Counted from the first letter of the stretch, positions 30,889 through 41,579 are shown. The stretch: 64,000 nt of DNA from Gammaproteobacteria bacterium (GCA_965238225.1 OZ250183.1:64001-128000); one strand, 5' to 3'. Translations and numbers: made by a program. The notes: a model not told the origin generated them from the letters alone.

Positions 30889-32121
30889 TTATGGTGATGT
30901 CGAAATAATTTTTATTTGATCATTATAAGTATCTGTAATTCTGTTTTTAACAAAATTATTATCCGAAACGGCATTTTCGCCCTCAAAATAATTGGCTAAA
31001 AGTGATGAAGTCCTGTCCTGTGCAGGTTCAATTGCAGTTAATGCTTCTCCTGCAGAAAGCGCAATAGCGCGAACGTTATCATCACCATTAACTGTGAGGC
31101 AAGTTGTCCCTGCTGTGCATGAAGCAGCACCTGGAAAAGTACCGCTAGTTTCATAGGCAATATAAATCAAATGATTCCAGTTATTCCTAGAAAACCATGA
31201 AAACCATTCAGGTAATTCACCGGTATTCACATCGCTATCACTGTCTGTATCGCTAGGAATATGACCTTGCCTTACGTCAGTTTGACCTATGAATTCAGAA
31301 GATGAAGGGCTAAAAGAGGATAACCATGGAAATACACCATTCTCAGTTTGGTATTCTAACAATGCTTGCCTGACTGAACCGAGCACACGTTTTTCAACCG
31401 CCTGCATCAATTCATCTTTGCTTAATAAAATATATCTATCTGTATCTGCTGTAGTAATACTGTCGTCGATTCCATCACCATCACTGTCAGAAAATTCAAC
31501 TTCTATGTAGTTTGTAAAATCAGTTCTATCTGCATCGCTTGCTCTATTTTGATTACCCAGAGGGGCGCCTGCGGCAAAGATGACTGCAGCAATATTATTG
31601 TAACCGTTTACTGTCAAATTACCGTTCGTAGCGGAAGCAGTTTCACTGTTAAGTGGTGGGTCTATTTGGGGATTATTTCTGAAATTATCTGACACTACAT
31701 ACCACAATCTTTGGTCATGATTATCTCTTAGATCCTCAGTTTTCAATGTTTTATGAGGGAATCTACCAATAGAGGTTTTTCTATTCAAAGAGCAAGAACC
31801 GCCGGCTGTGCCATTATTATTTGTATCCGGGCATGGCAAATATCCTGGCCCATCAATAGGATCGTCACCGGAGCTTGCATCAATTTCCGGAAACAGTATC
31901 GCATAACCAATCAAAGCTTCTCTAGCGGTCGCCAAGGCAATGCTCGTCTGTTTATGTCCCTGGGTTCTAAGCAGATTGGTATTTAATCTTTTAGTAAGGA
32001 AAAATGTGGAACCAACAACAATGATAAGCATAAATACCAATAAGGCGGCGCCTGTTTGTTTTTTAAATGGAATGAGATAGTGATTTTCCTTGTAGGAATT
32101 TTTAATCATGACCACAAACAT
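30889..32121 (-). CDS. PilX/GspK-like large minor pilin
   Basis: KKQTG|AALLVFML (no E5), ALATAREALIGYA, PGYLPCPD, GRFPHKTL, LWYVVS. Confidence 0.75.
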   Translation of the reverse strand: MFVVMIKNSYKENHYLIPFKKQTGAALLVFMLIIVVGSTFFLTKRLNTNLLRTQGHKQTSIALATAREALIGYAILFPEIDASSGDDPIDGPGYLPCPDTNNNGTAGGSCSLNRKTSIGRFPHKTLKTEDLRDNHDQRLWYVVSDNFRNNPQIDPPLNSETASATNGNLTVNGYNNIAAVIFAAGAPLGNQNRASDADRTDFTNYIEVEFSDSDGDGIDDSITTADTDRYILLSKDELMQAVEKRVLGSVRQALLEYQTENGVFPWLSSFSPSSSEFIGQTDVRQGHIPSDTDSDSDVNTGELPEWFSWFSRNNWNHLIYIAYETSGTFPGAASCTAGTTCLTVNGDDNVRAIALSAGEALTAIEPAQDRTSSLLANYFEGENAVSDNNFVKNRITDTYNDQIKIISTSP

Positions 32122-32162
32122 ATACTGCTATTTAACAAAAGAGTCAATTTTTTGCTGTTACC

Positions 32163-32663
32163 TCATTTTGTCAATTTATTTATGATCGGTAATGCATCGT
32201 CTTCTACAATATCACGCAAACTTTTATTGTTCGGTTCGTAAGTCTGCCCTGCCTTAAGATCAAATTTCAGACCAGCCTCTGGAACAGTGACAGATACTTT
32301 CTCACTGTTAATATCGCTTGTGTTTACCTTGAGATATTCAGATGCGAAACTCCCTTCATAGCTGCTAGTGCCATTTAACCACGCGGTACTTTTTCCACCT
32401 TTTCTGTAGACAATCCCATTTAAGGTAATTCCATCTATATCACGCGGCTTAGTTTTTTTCTCAACTACTTCAACAGGAATTTCAATTTTTTCTATGACCA
32501 CAGGTTTTGGTTTTGGATAACGTAATATCTGAAAATTCTTCCTCTCTCGCGGCGTGGTAAATAATCGACCAAAATCATCAGATGCTGCTTGTGCATTTCC
32601 TATACCGCTCAATACAGAGCTACATAAAAACAATATAAAAACAATAAATTTAAACGTATTCAT
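32163..32663 (-). CDS. Exported pilus assembly protein (PilP/MshK-like)
   Basis: Signal peptide, FGRLFTTPRER, ITLNGIV..GKSTAWLNG; position in the operon. Confidence 0.6.
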   Translation of the reverse strand: MNTFKFIVFILFLCSSVLSGIGNAQAASDDFGRLFTTPRERKNFQILRYPKPKPVVIEKIEIPVEVVEKKTKPRDIDGITLNGIVYRKGGKSTAWLNGTSSYEGSFASEYLKVNTSDINSEKVSVTVPEAGLKFDLKAGQTYEPNNKSLRDIVEDDALPIINKLTK

Positions 32664-33283
32664 GATATTTTTATTTCAGATCCATCTCCCATCTTGATAT
32701 TTAACCATTGTAATTCACAATCTGCTCTGATATTTTTTGCATCATAACTCTTAACGAGAATTTTGTTTTTACGCGTGAATATACATTCTGTTACTGTGAA
32801 CATGCCTTCTGCATGTTTGTTTATATCTTTTATCAAGCTTAATAAATCCTCTTCATGCAACATATCTATACCTAGCTTCATAGTGCTACCGTACAACATG
32901 AATCTGCCAAGATTAATATTGAACTGCGGAGAATGTTTTTCTTGCGGTGAGATACTGTACGTCAATCCAAGTAATTTTATCCGTTCACTGGACGAGCGCA
33001 ATGTTTCAATCCAATTAAGTCTATGTTCTCCGCCAATTATACCTTCCTTATATAATCTAATAAATTCAGGATAATACTGTCTGATAATGTCTTCATTTTT
33101 ATCAACAGAAAGATATTGCTTGCTAACAGTAGTAAATCTTGATTTGTTTTTTTTATGTTCATTCAACATATCTTTTCTAAATGTCCAGCTTCCAATGACA
33201 GAAGCAAAACTTATCAAAGAAATAATAATAAAGGTTATAGTGCATGACCTTACCACTGGCCAGTCAAGTTCTTCACGTGTCAC
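32660..33283 (-). CDS. Bitopic pilus assembly protein (PilO-like)
   Basis: N-terminal TM, coiled coil, EHRLNWIE, LHEEDL, C-x-L-x-W; follows the PilM/N-like gene. Confidence 0.6.
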   Translation of the reverse strand: MTREELDWPVVRSCTITFIIISLISFASVIGSWTFRKDMLNEHKKNKSRFTTVSKQYLSVDKNEDIIRQYYPEFIRLYKEGIIGGEHRLNWIETLRSSSERIKLLGLTYSISPQEKHSPQFNINLGRFMLYGSTMKLGIDMLHEEDLLSLIKDINKHAEGMFTVTECIFTRKNKILVKSYDAKNIRADCELQWLNIKMGDGSEIKIS

Positions 33284-34895
33284 TTCTCACCCCCAATACT
33301 ATTCTTACAGAAAAATCAGATTTGACCGCACTTTCTTTTAATGATCCTTGCATACTAGCATCAGAATTAACAACCAACGGTAATTTGATAACACTAACAT
33401 CATATACAGAATCTAAATTCTTAATAAATTCAGAAAACTTATTAATCGTCTTAAACGCTTCTCTATAGTTACCATCAAAACCTTCTATATAGGCATTAAG
33501 CAATGCGATTTGGTAATAGATAAAATCTGTTTCTGCATTGTTTACACCGCTAAAGTTAGACGCGCGTTGAATATCTTCTACGGCAATATTGTTTGATCCT
33601 CTACTGCCTGTTTCATAATTCGGATTTATATTTGCTGCCCACTGTATTTGGCTTATTTGTATATTGGGGAAAATATCCAAGCCATTACTAATTAGCTTAA
33701 ACATGTCAACAGGATTAGCTTTATATGTTTTTAAAACATTCTCTATATCAACAGCGATCTTTAGATCAGCAGGGTTAACAGGTAAAGCAGATATTTTTTC
33801 CTGTGCAGCTTCATATCTAGCGTTGTAGAAATCTACCCTCTTTGCGTCGTCTCTGAGCTGTTGTCTGTAGGTAACGCCTTCAAGCACATTCCAACCTCCC
33901 CAACTGATACCGCATAATATGAACAGAAAACTGGCGATCCTGAGTAATTCATTTATCCGTAACATCTGAAAATAACGCGTCTCTTTACTTACCGCGTAAT
34001 AATTTTTGCACTTATGCTTAAGTAGTTGATAAATAAAATACTTATCACTAAAAGGTGTCTTTACTTGTTCAACAAAGCCACATTTTTCAGACAGAACCTC
34101 AACATCTAATAAATGATAGCGAGTTGTCGGTGAATCGACATGAGTCTCGCCCAAGTCAGCCAATAATTCCTTATTGCCAAAAAAGTAAACATCCAAAATC
34201 TCGTTTTCCTTCATAAGGCGCGCGCCTTTTATGTAACGTCTAACCTTTATCAGCTCCTCTGCTAAAATAGGTGCATAGGGTTCTGCCCCATAACGTGGCA
34301 TTTTTACCAAGCGACTAAATTTAAGCGACTTGTCCATAAAAAAAGACTGCCGCAAACCACTAATACTTTGCAAACTGAAAATAAGTGTATTACCTGTTCT
34401 GTTGGGGATAATGCCATTTCTTTCTTGCAGCAGTAATGGAACCGATATCACGGCTACAACTGGAACTTTATGTTTTTCTAGTATCTTCAACCAAGGCTGA
34501 ATTACTGCCGGGTTAGTTATTGCTGAAAGCATGATACGGTCATCACGTCGGCCCAACTCTTTTCTCCCTTGAATTTCCATATACAGATAAGGGGTTCCGC
34601 GAAAAGCACGATTCTGTTTTCTTTCTATGAGCGCTTTTCTATCTACGCCAGAGGCATGGGGGATTGTATCTAGCAGGTATTCTTCTGCAGAAGTATCCAG
34701 CAATACATAAACGGGATCATTGCGAACCTCGCTTAAGTAACGACCAAAAAAATCAAAGCCTTCTTTTGATGCATCAAACAAATACGAACTTCCCAAGCTA
34801 TTATACATCCAGTGATAAACAGCTAACTTGTCTGAACTAACAAGCAGTGCTCTTCTTGCACAAGCTCTAAATTTTGATTTTAGTGATGAGATCAT
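33273..34895 (-). CDS. PilM/PilN (GspL)-like alignment protein
   Basis: Large cytoplasmic N-domain (LRQSFF..LKFSRL), one TM helix, periplasmic C-domain; follows the platform gene. Confidence 0.65.
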   Translation of the reverse strand: MISSLKSKFRACARRALLVSSDKLAVYHWMYNSLGSSYLFDASKEGFDFFGRYLSEVRNDPVYVLLDTSAEEYLLDTIPHASGVDRKALIERKQNRAFRGTPYLYMEIQGRKELGRRDDRIMLSAITNPAVIQPWLKILEKHKVPVVAVISVPLLLQERNGIIPNRTGNTLIFSLQSISGLRQSFFMDKSLKFSRLVKMPRYGAEPYAPILAEELIKVRRYIKGARLMKENEILDVYFFGNKELLADLGETHVDSPTTRYHLLDVEVLSEKCGFVEQVKTPFSDKYFIYQLLKHKCKNYYAVSKETRYFQMLRINELLRIASFLFILCGISWGGWNVLEGVTYRQQLRDDAKRVDFYNARYEAAQEKISALPVNPADLKIAVDIENVLKTYKANPVDMFKLISNGLDIFPNIQISQIQWAANINPNYETGSRGSNNIAVEDIQRASNFSGVNNAETDFIYYQIALLNAYIEGFDGNYREAFKTINKFSEFIKNLDSVYDVSVIKLPLVVNSDASMQGSLKESAVKSDFSVRIVLGVRSDT

Positions 34896-36072
34896 ATATT
34901 GGACCTAATACGGAAAACATAACCCAGGCAATAATACTTCCAAGAATAACCGTCATTGCTGGTTCGACCATTGTTTGTAAACGTTCAACCGATTCTTTCA
35001 CATCTCGAGTATAAAAATAGTTAATGTTCTGCAGCGCAGCCTCCAGAGATCCAGAGCTTTCACCTACGCGCACCATCCTTAGCACTAACGGAGGAAACAG
35101 CTTGGTAGATTCAAAACTACCACTTAATGTTTTGCCATCAGAAATTCCAGCGCCAACCTGATGTACTGCTTCTTCCATCACCTTATTACCAACAATTTGT
35201 TCGCCTGTTTTAATGCATTCAAAAATAGTAATGCCCGATGCATACATTATGGCAAAAAAGCCCGAGAATCTTGCTAAGATTATTTTTCTGAGTATAGGAC
35301 CTATTACTGGAATATTGAGTTTTAACCAATCTATCTGACGACGAATTTTTGGGTTTGTTTTCGCACCAATTGACAATCCTATTGCGGCAACTGTAGGTAT
35401 AAAAATTATCATGTGCCAATAATTAACGAATATATCTGACACAAAAATGAGTGCTTTTGTATGGCCAGGAATCTCTTGACCCATATTTCGAATAAAGCTT
35501 AGTAATTCTGGAACCAGATAAATCATCATAAAAAATATTACCCCAACAACTATAGTTCCAACAAAGAGTGGATACATGAGTAGCTTTCTGGTCATTACCA
35601 TCTGCTCGTCCTGCCATTTTAAATGCTCTCCTAACTCAAAAAATACCTTTGTGATTTCGCCAGAATCTTCACCAGCCTTAACCAAGCTAACAAAAACCTC
35701 GGAAAAAACCATAGGATAGTCGCTCATGGATTCCGATAATGTTTTGCCACCTTCAACCGATTCACACATTGCTGCCAGAATTTCTCGCAGTCTTAGGTTT
35801 TCACTGCTGTCTCTTAGATCTTCTAGGCTCTCTAAGATAGGCACCCAGGCCTTTGATGTTTGTTCCAAATGAAAACAGAAAGTAATAAGATCTCTTCTCT
35901 TAATGCTGCCAGAACTCGCTTTTGCTCCTGTTGTCCCTAAATCTTTGCAGTTAATAAGATCAAGATCCATCTTCTGCAGCCGCATTTCCAGATCAGCAAT
36001 ATTTACTGCATCCATCTTACCGGCATTAAATTTACCTGCACTATCGACTGCTTTGTATTTAAAAACATTCAC
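34867..36072 (-). CDS. Inner-membrane platform protein GspF/PilC/MshG
   Basis: FKYKAVD, VEGGKTLS, LVKAGEDSG, LMYP, MVRVGESSGSL, MVEP. Confidence 0.93.
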   Translation of the reverse strand: MNVFKYKAVDSAGKFNAGKMDAVNIADLEMRLQKMDLDLINCKDLGTTGAKASSGSIKRRDLITFCFHLEQTSKAWVPILESLEDLRDSSENLRLREILAAMCESVEGGKTLSESMSDYPMVFSEVFVSLVKAGEDSGEITKVFFELGEHLKWQDEQMVMTRKLLMYPLFVGTIVVGVIFFMMIYLVPELLSFIRNMGQEIPGHTKALIFVSDIFVNYWHMIIFIPTVAAIGLSIGAKTNPKIRRQIDWLKLNIPVIGPILRKIILARFSGFFAIMYASGITIFECIKTGEQIVGNKVMEEAVHQVGAGISDGKTLSGSFESTKLFPPLVLRMVRVGESSGSLEAALQNINYFYTRDVKESVERLQTMVEPAMTVILGSIIAWVMFSVLGPIYDLITKIKI

Positions 36073-36079
36073 GAATTCA

Positions 36080-37801
36080 TCAAGATTTCTTTAATTTTAT
36101 GGAAAGATCGACCACTCTGGTAATCTCTTCAAGACTAGAAGAACCATCAATAATACGTGCCACACCGGCTTCTACCAATGTTTTAAAACCCTTCGACAAA
36201 GCAGCTCGTAACAATTCGTTTTGACTGCCTTTTCTGGCAAGAATTTCATCCAAATCACGATCAAATGTTAATATCTCTATCAAAGCCAAGCGCCCTTTAT
36301 AGCCCGTATTATCGCAGGCCTGACAACCTTTATTTTTATAGATTGATTGTTGTCTATCTGTTGCTTTCAAACCAAGCAACCCTTTTTCCAAGCCTCCTAT
36401 AGTGTAGGATTCACGGCATTTCTGGCAAAGTTTTCTGGCCAAACGCTGACCAATAACACCGATTAAATTACCTGCAAGAATATCGGGTTTGACACCAATA
36501 TCTAATAATCTTGGGATAGCGCCTATTGCAGAATTTGTATGCAGTGTTGAAAAAACCTGATGACCAGTCATTGCTGCACGCAGTGCCATGCTTGCCGTAC
36601 TTTCATCGCGGATTTCACCTACTAGAATAATATCTGGATCTTGGCGCATCAAAGATCGAATACCACCGGCAAAATCTAACTTGGCTGTTTCGCTTATTGA
36701 TGTTTGGCGTATCAGGTTGGTTGGATATTCCACCGGATCTTCAAGCGTCATAATATTTACTGACTCGGTATTAAGATAGCTTAATATCGAATAAAGTGTT
36801 GTTGTCTTACCGCTGCCTGTAGGACCAGTTGCCAAAATGATTCCTTCAGGTCTTGCTACCATAAATCTTAAATCGTTCATGGCATCTTCTTGTAAGCCTA
36901 GCTGCTCTATACTAACGATCCCCTTTTGTCTGTCGAGGATACGTAATACGATATTCTCACCATGAACTGTAGGTAATGTTGATACGCGAAAATCAACCTG
37001 GCGACCTGAAAAACTTAAGGAAATGTGTCCATCTTGCGGAGCACGAATTTCTGCAATATCCATTCCAGCCATAACCTTTACACGAACAGCAATTGCCGAC
37101 CAATAACTCTTGTGTAAACTACGGATTTGTCTCAACACGCCGTCAATGCGATAACGAAACCTGAGAAATCCTTCTTCTGGCTCAAAATGTATGTCTGAAG
37201 CCCCACGTTTCACTGCATCTGTTAATAGAGCATTCACCAGACGTACTACCGGCTGGCTATATTCATCACTTTGCATGCCCAGACTCTGATAGTCAATTTC
37301 ACCTGTCTCTATCTCCTTCAAAATACCGTCAACAGATAGTTCGAATCCATAAAACAGATCAATGGCTTTTTCTATTTCAGCCTCACCAGCAAGCAAAGGT
37401 ATGATTTCAATATCATGCCCAACATGAGCATTTATTTTATCTGTCAAGACAACATCGAATGCATCTATCACAGCAATGGTTAAGGTGTTGGTATCGCGCT
37501 CAAAAGTAAGCGGCAAAATACGCAGTTGCCGTGCTATATCCTTGGATATAAGGTCGATTGCATCACTATCTGGAATAACGTGTTCAAGGTCGACACTTTC
37601 CTGACCAATTGCGCCACCAATGACATCACGAATGATCGATTCTGTTGCAAACCCAAGACGCACTAAAATCTTGCCAAGCAGATCGCCACTTTTTTTTTGC
37701 TCAGTAAGCGCAATCTCTATCTGGTCAGAAGTTGTGGCTCCATGTCTAACGAGTATCTCGCCTAACTGAATATCTTTACTATGTGCGCCCGTTATTGTCA
37801 C
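36080..37801 (-). CDS. GspE/PilB/MshE-family extension ATPase
   Basis: ASDIHFEP, RIDGVL, PQDG, Walker A GPTGSGKTTT, LEDPVEY, RQDPDIILVGEIRD, TGHQVFSTLH, CxxC..CxxC. Confidence 0.95.
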   Translation of the reverse strand: MTITGAHSKDIQLGEILVRHGATTSDQIEIALTEQKKSGDLLGKILVRLGFATESIIRDVIGGAIGQESVDLEHVIPDSDAIDLISKDIARQLRILPLTFERDTNTLTIAVIDAFDVVLTDKINAHVGHDIEIIPLLAGEAEIEKAIDLFYGFELSVDGILKEIETGEIDYQSLGMQSDEYSQPVVRLVNALLTDAVKRGASDIHFEPEEGFLRFRYRIDGVLRQIRSLHKSYWSAIAVRVKVMAGMDIAEIRAPQDGHISLSFSGRQVDFRVSTLPTVHGENIVLRILDRQKGIVSIEQLGLQEDAMNDLRFMVARPEGIILATGPTGSGKTTTLYSILSYLNTESVNIMTLEDPVEYPTNLIRQTSISETAKLDFAGGIRSLMRQDPDIILVGEIRDESTASMALRAAMTGHQVFSTLHTNSAIGAIPRLLDIGVKPDILAGNLIGVIGQRLARKLCQKCRESYTIGGLEKGLLGLKATDRQQSIYKNKGCQACDNTGYKGRLALIEILTFDRDLDEILARKGSQNELLRAALSKGFKTLVEAGVARIIDGSSSLEEITRVVDLSIKLKKS

Positions 37802-39645
37802 TACTGTAAATTGGCCTGACTAGACAATACATTAAGGCGGGAAATAACAACTGCCCTGTCAAAATTAGAAGTACTGGAACTTGCTACAGAAGTAGCCGCC
37901 AATTCCAACGCTACATTATAATAATCAACAGCCAATTGCTGTTGGCCAATATGTTCAAGACTGACAGCCAAATTAAAAGCATAACCAGCATTTGATGATT
38001 CTATTTTGTACGCATAAAAAAATGATTGTTGTGCCTCAGACCAGCGTCGCTGTATCGCATAAAGACGCGCTAAAGAATAATGTAAAAAAGAATTATCAGG
38101 ATCACTTTTCAAGAAAGTCTTGATAATATTTTCACTCTTGGGGTAATCTATGTTATCGGTAAAGTTTATCAATGCTACTTCTGCGTCACTGTCCTTAGGA
38201 TATAGTCTTAAGACTTCAAGATAAGCAGCATAGGCTTGGCGAGGGTTGCCTCTGCGTAGTGAGATCGCCGCCAACCCCAGTAATGCATCATGATTTTCAG
38301 ATGAATCATTTAAAACAAGCCGATAATTTTTTTCAGAAGAATCAAGATTACCTGCAAGATATTCTTCATAAGCTTTGTTGACCAAAATATCGTTTTTATC
38401 AACTGATTTTCTGCGACTTATTTTAACTAAGTCTGGATCAGGAATTATTTTTTCTGGCAAGGAGAGGGTAAAATCTTCGGTAGTATCATCTGCAGTATAT
38501 TTCTGCAAAAAGATATCATCTGACGCAACCTGAATTTCTTCATGTGTATCATCTATTATCTCGGTGTATGTATCATCTACTGTGCTGGTGTATGTATCAT
38601 CTACTGTGCTGGTGTATGTATCATCTACTGTGCTGGTGTATGTATCATCTACTGTGCTGGTGTATGTATTGGCAGAATACTTATGGGTTTTGGCATTGCT
38701 TTCTACTGCAGGTTTTTTTCGATCTTCACTAATAGTGTTATTCTCTTTCTCAATGAGATCGGTAATATCACCTGCAAACGAACTACTATTAAGCTCTGCA
38801 ACAGACGCTAATTTATCTGGTATTTCAATATCCTTGACAACCAATTGAGACTCGATTGAACGTTCTAGTGGGACAGTGTAGTTAAAAATAAGAAATAATG
38901 CGGCTGAGACAATAATAAGAAACAAAATAACAAAGGCACTCCATTTAAACATTTGGTCGTCGCCCTTTCTGGAAGTTGCTGTAAATATTGTTTTTGCAGC
39001 AACTGGCGTCAGGCTGCCGCCTATATCCTCTGCTAATTGTGCAGCAGAAACTGTTACACCTGAATATTCAGGCTTATCTGTAGCAGATAATAAACTCTCA
39101 ACATGAAGAGTGTTATCCGTTAGGACAGAAGATGCTTCGCTGATATGGAGATCAGTTGTTGTAAGTATTTGATCCTGATCTGCAATGATGGTGGACACAA
39201 CAGTTTCATCAATTTCTGATTTAATTTCAAGCTCATCTGTCTTGTCATCTTCTCCCTCGTCATTTCTTTGTTTGTCATTTTCTTCAATAGAGAATGGATC
39301 TGTTATAGATACTTCAGTGCGTGATAAGTCCTCGATTGAAGAATTACCATCTTCAACGCTTTCAGCGGGTGAAAGTGATAAATATTCCATCGTACTGGTA
39401 AGAGTCAGCTTGTCTGGATGCTCAGTAGATGCTGCTATCTCTTCATCTCTTTGAATGATCTCAGTTGCGCTACCTTCTGTGCCTAGCTCTTGTGTATGGG
39501 GTACATCTTGCTGCTCTTTATCTTCTTGGCACTCATTTTCTTGAGCCAATTGCTTTTCGGCCAGTTCTTCTTGCTTTTCTTTTAGAAGCTCCGCCGCCTT
39601 TTTCTCCAGTTCCGCCTTTTTCAAGGCATCCATCAACAGACTCAT
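37801..39645 (-). CDS. MshN-like TPR protein with acidic N-terminus and TM anchor
   Basis: MSLLMDALKKAE start, TM helix, C-terminal TPRs (DALLGLAAI, WSEAQQSFF, YAFNLAVSLEH); lies between the secretin and the ATPase. Confidence 0.8.
   Translation of the reverse strand: MSLLMDALKKAELEKKAAELLKEKQEELAEKQLAQENECQEDKEQQDVPHTQELGTEGSATEIIQRDEEIAASTEHPDKLTLTSTMEYLSLSPAESVEDGNSSIEDLSRTEVSITDPFSIEENDKQRNDEGEDDKTDELEIKSEIDETVVSTIIADQDQILTTTDLHISEASSVLTDNTLHVESLLSATDKPEYSGVTVSAAQLAEDIGGSLTPVAAKTIFTATSRKGDDQMFKWSAFVILFLIIVSAALFLIFNYTVPLERSIESQLVVKDIEIPDKLASVAELNSSSFAGDITDLIEKENNTISEDRKKPAVESNAKTHKYSANTYTSTVDDTYTSTVDDTYTSTVDDTYTSTVDDTYTEIIDDTHEEIQVASDDIFLQKYTADDTTEDFTLSLPEKIIPDPDLVKISRRKSVDKNDILVNKAYEEYLAGNLDSSEKNYRLVLNDSSENHDALLGLAAISLRRGNPRQAYAAYLEVLRLYPKDSDAEVALINFTDNIDYPKSENIIKTFLKSDPDNSFLHYSLARLYAIQRRWSEAQQSFFYAYKIESSNAGYAFNLAVSLEHIGQQQLAVDYYNVALELAATSVASSSTSNFDRAVVISRLNVLSSQANLQ
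38563..38669. repeat. 24-bp perfect tandem repeat (4 full copies plus a partial copy) inside the TPR gene
   Basis: (GGTGTATGTATCATCTACTGTGCT)x4 + GGTGTATGTAT; encodes (TYTSTVDD)n; a degenerate copy lies at 38539-38562. Confidence 0.97.
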
Positions 39646-41310
39646 TTACTTGGACTCTGTCTCAACAGCTTGTTTTGTAGCTGCATTGTAAGAATCAAGA
39701 TATCTTTTGTAGCTGCTTAAATCGCCTTCAAGGCTAGGGTCGCTAATAACAGTTGGTTTTAGAAAGATAATCAGTTCTGTTTTTTTGTGTTGCGCAGATT
39801 CTGATTTGAATAAATTTCCGATAATGCCCAGATACTTAATACCAGGAAGTCCAGCATCGCTATCTTTTGTCTCATCTTGCATCAACCCGCCTAATACGCC
39901 AATTTGACCATCAGTCAATCTTAAAATCGATTCCATCTCCCTGACTGCAATCTGTGGCACTGGATTGGTTGTATTTTGTTTTGCGAGCTCGGGGTTCGGG
40001 TCATTAACAAACGAAGCGACTCTGGAAACAGTGGGTCTGATATTCAAGGAGATTATACCATCAGCAGAAATTTGTGGCGTAACGGACATCACAATACCCA
40101 CAGGGACTGTTTTAGCCGTTGTATCTATAACAGGTTGTCCTGGCTCGGCATCAATCCTAGTTGCTGGCGCTGATTCAGCATCAACTTCAAAATAAACAAT
40201 ATTTTCTACCACCTTGAGCAATGCTGTCTGGTTATTCAAAACCATGATTTGAGGACTGGACAATATCCTAGTATTACCAAATTCGCTCAACAAACTCACT
40301 GTTGCCGTTAAATTTTGTGCTTTAGACACTGGATTATCCACTGCTGATATCACAAACGAGCTTAACGCAGCAGGTGCAAGAGATGTGCCAGCTAAAGTTT
40401 TGGACACAAAACTAATGCCAGAACGTAAATTTTGATTTACAAATGACCAATCTACGCCAGCTTGGTATCTATTATTAAGCTCCACTTCAACAATGGTTAT
40501 TTGTATCAACACCTGCCGCTTTGCACTAACAAGCACGCGATCAATAAAGGATTTTATTTGCTCATGTTGTGCGGTGGTGGCATTGACGGTGAGAATACCA
40601 GACTCGGGATTAGGTATGACGGCATCAGTAGTAGAGATTCGTTTACTTCCTGCTTTTTTACCTGTTGCTCTCGTTACCTTTCCCCCCAATAATGCGGAAA
40701 TATTAGAAACTAATGTGCTCCAAAAATGATGTGTTGATTCTGTGCTTACATTTGTCGTTGAATTATTACCACTGCCACCGCTGGATCCAGTAGCACCGCT
40801 ACTGGTAGAAGAAATTTGTGTTGAGACAGTATTTGTGCTTGATGTGCCCCTAGATAGATTAACGTAATCAATGGTGTATGTTCTGAAAAATGGATCGTCT
40901 GGCTGAATATAAAGGTTGCCTGCAGATAATTCGTATCTCAAATCTACTTGGCGTACGATGCGATCAAGAATCTGGGGTAAAGTTTGATCTATGGCATTCA
41001 TCGTAACCGCACCGTCTATTTCTGAATGAATATCGACATTGATCTGAGCATCTCTAGCCAAGGCAAACAATAATTCTTTAACCGAGACTTCATTAACAAC
41101 CACTGTATATTTTTCAAGTTCAATAGCAGGTCCAGGAGCTGGCAATATGGGTGTTTGCTTCACCAGCTCAGGGATATCGCCTAAAGTCAGAGCCTCGTCG
41201 TTAATGTGGCTTGCGGAGGGAATAAATGGCTGCGGTTTGATCCCTGAACCTGAACAAGCGCTTAGAAATGAAAGTATTGATAAACTAATGATTAATATAA
41301 ATTTTTTCAT
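39646..41310 (-). CDS. mshL: Outer-membrane secretin, MshL-type lipoprotein
   Basis: Lipobox LSAC, ELLFALARDA, Ser/Gly-rich N2 loop, QVLIQITIVEVEL..AGVDW, LSSPQIMVLNNQTA, VLGGLM, KTELIIFLKP. Confidence 0.85.
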   Translation of the reverse strand: MKKFILIISLSILSFLSACSGSGIKPQPFIPSASHINDEALTLGDIPELVKQTPILPAPGPAIELEKYTVVVNEVSVKELLFALARDAQINVDIHSEIDGAVTMNAIDQTLPQILDRIVRQVDLRYELSAGNLYIQPDDPFFRTYTIDYVNLSRGTSSTNTVSTQISSTSSGATGSSGGSGNNSTTNVSTESTHHFWSTLVSNISALLGGKVTRATGKKAGSKRISTTDAVIPNPESGILTVNATTAQHEQIKSFIDRVLVSAKRQVLIQITIVEVELNNRYQAGVDWSFVNQNLRSGISFVSKTLAGTSLAPAALSSFVISAVDNPVSKAQNLTATVSLLSEFGNTRILSSPQIMVLNNQTALLKVVENIVYFEVDAESAPATRIDAEPGQPVIDTTAKTVPVGIVMSVTPQISADGIISLNIRPTVSRVASFVNDPNPELAKQNTTNPVPQIAVREMESILRLTDGQIGVLGGLMQDETKDSDAGLPGIKYLGIIGNLFKSESAQHKKTELIIFLKPTVISDPSLEGDLSSYKRYLDSYNAATKQAVETESK

Positions 41311-41579
41311 ATTTTATTGTCCATAATCATTTTATTGTCCGCGATCACAGTTTAAAGGGTTAAGCCATTTCTTGAGTATAAACTAAAAAATTATAATATT
41401 GCTATGAGTACTTAATATTTCAAGGTTTTTTACAAATTATTCTGTTCAAATCCAGCTTTCTAATAGGCGAATCTATCAGGGTCTAGAATTTAATGAGTCT
41501 TAATAACGCATCATCTGCAATATTTCAATGCCTGAGACTGTTTTATTTCGCTGTCTCAAGTATAAACAAAACCTTTCCA

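Noticed and set aside
38542-38848. Plus-strand Cys/Tyr-rich repetitive ORFs
   Set aside because: Antisense shadows of the 24-bp repeat within the TPR gene
41311-41579. Possible eroded C-terminal domain of the ExeA-like ATPase
   Set aside because: No convincing motif could be stitched together by eye
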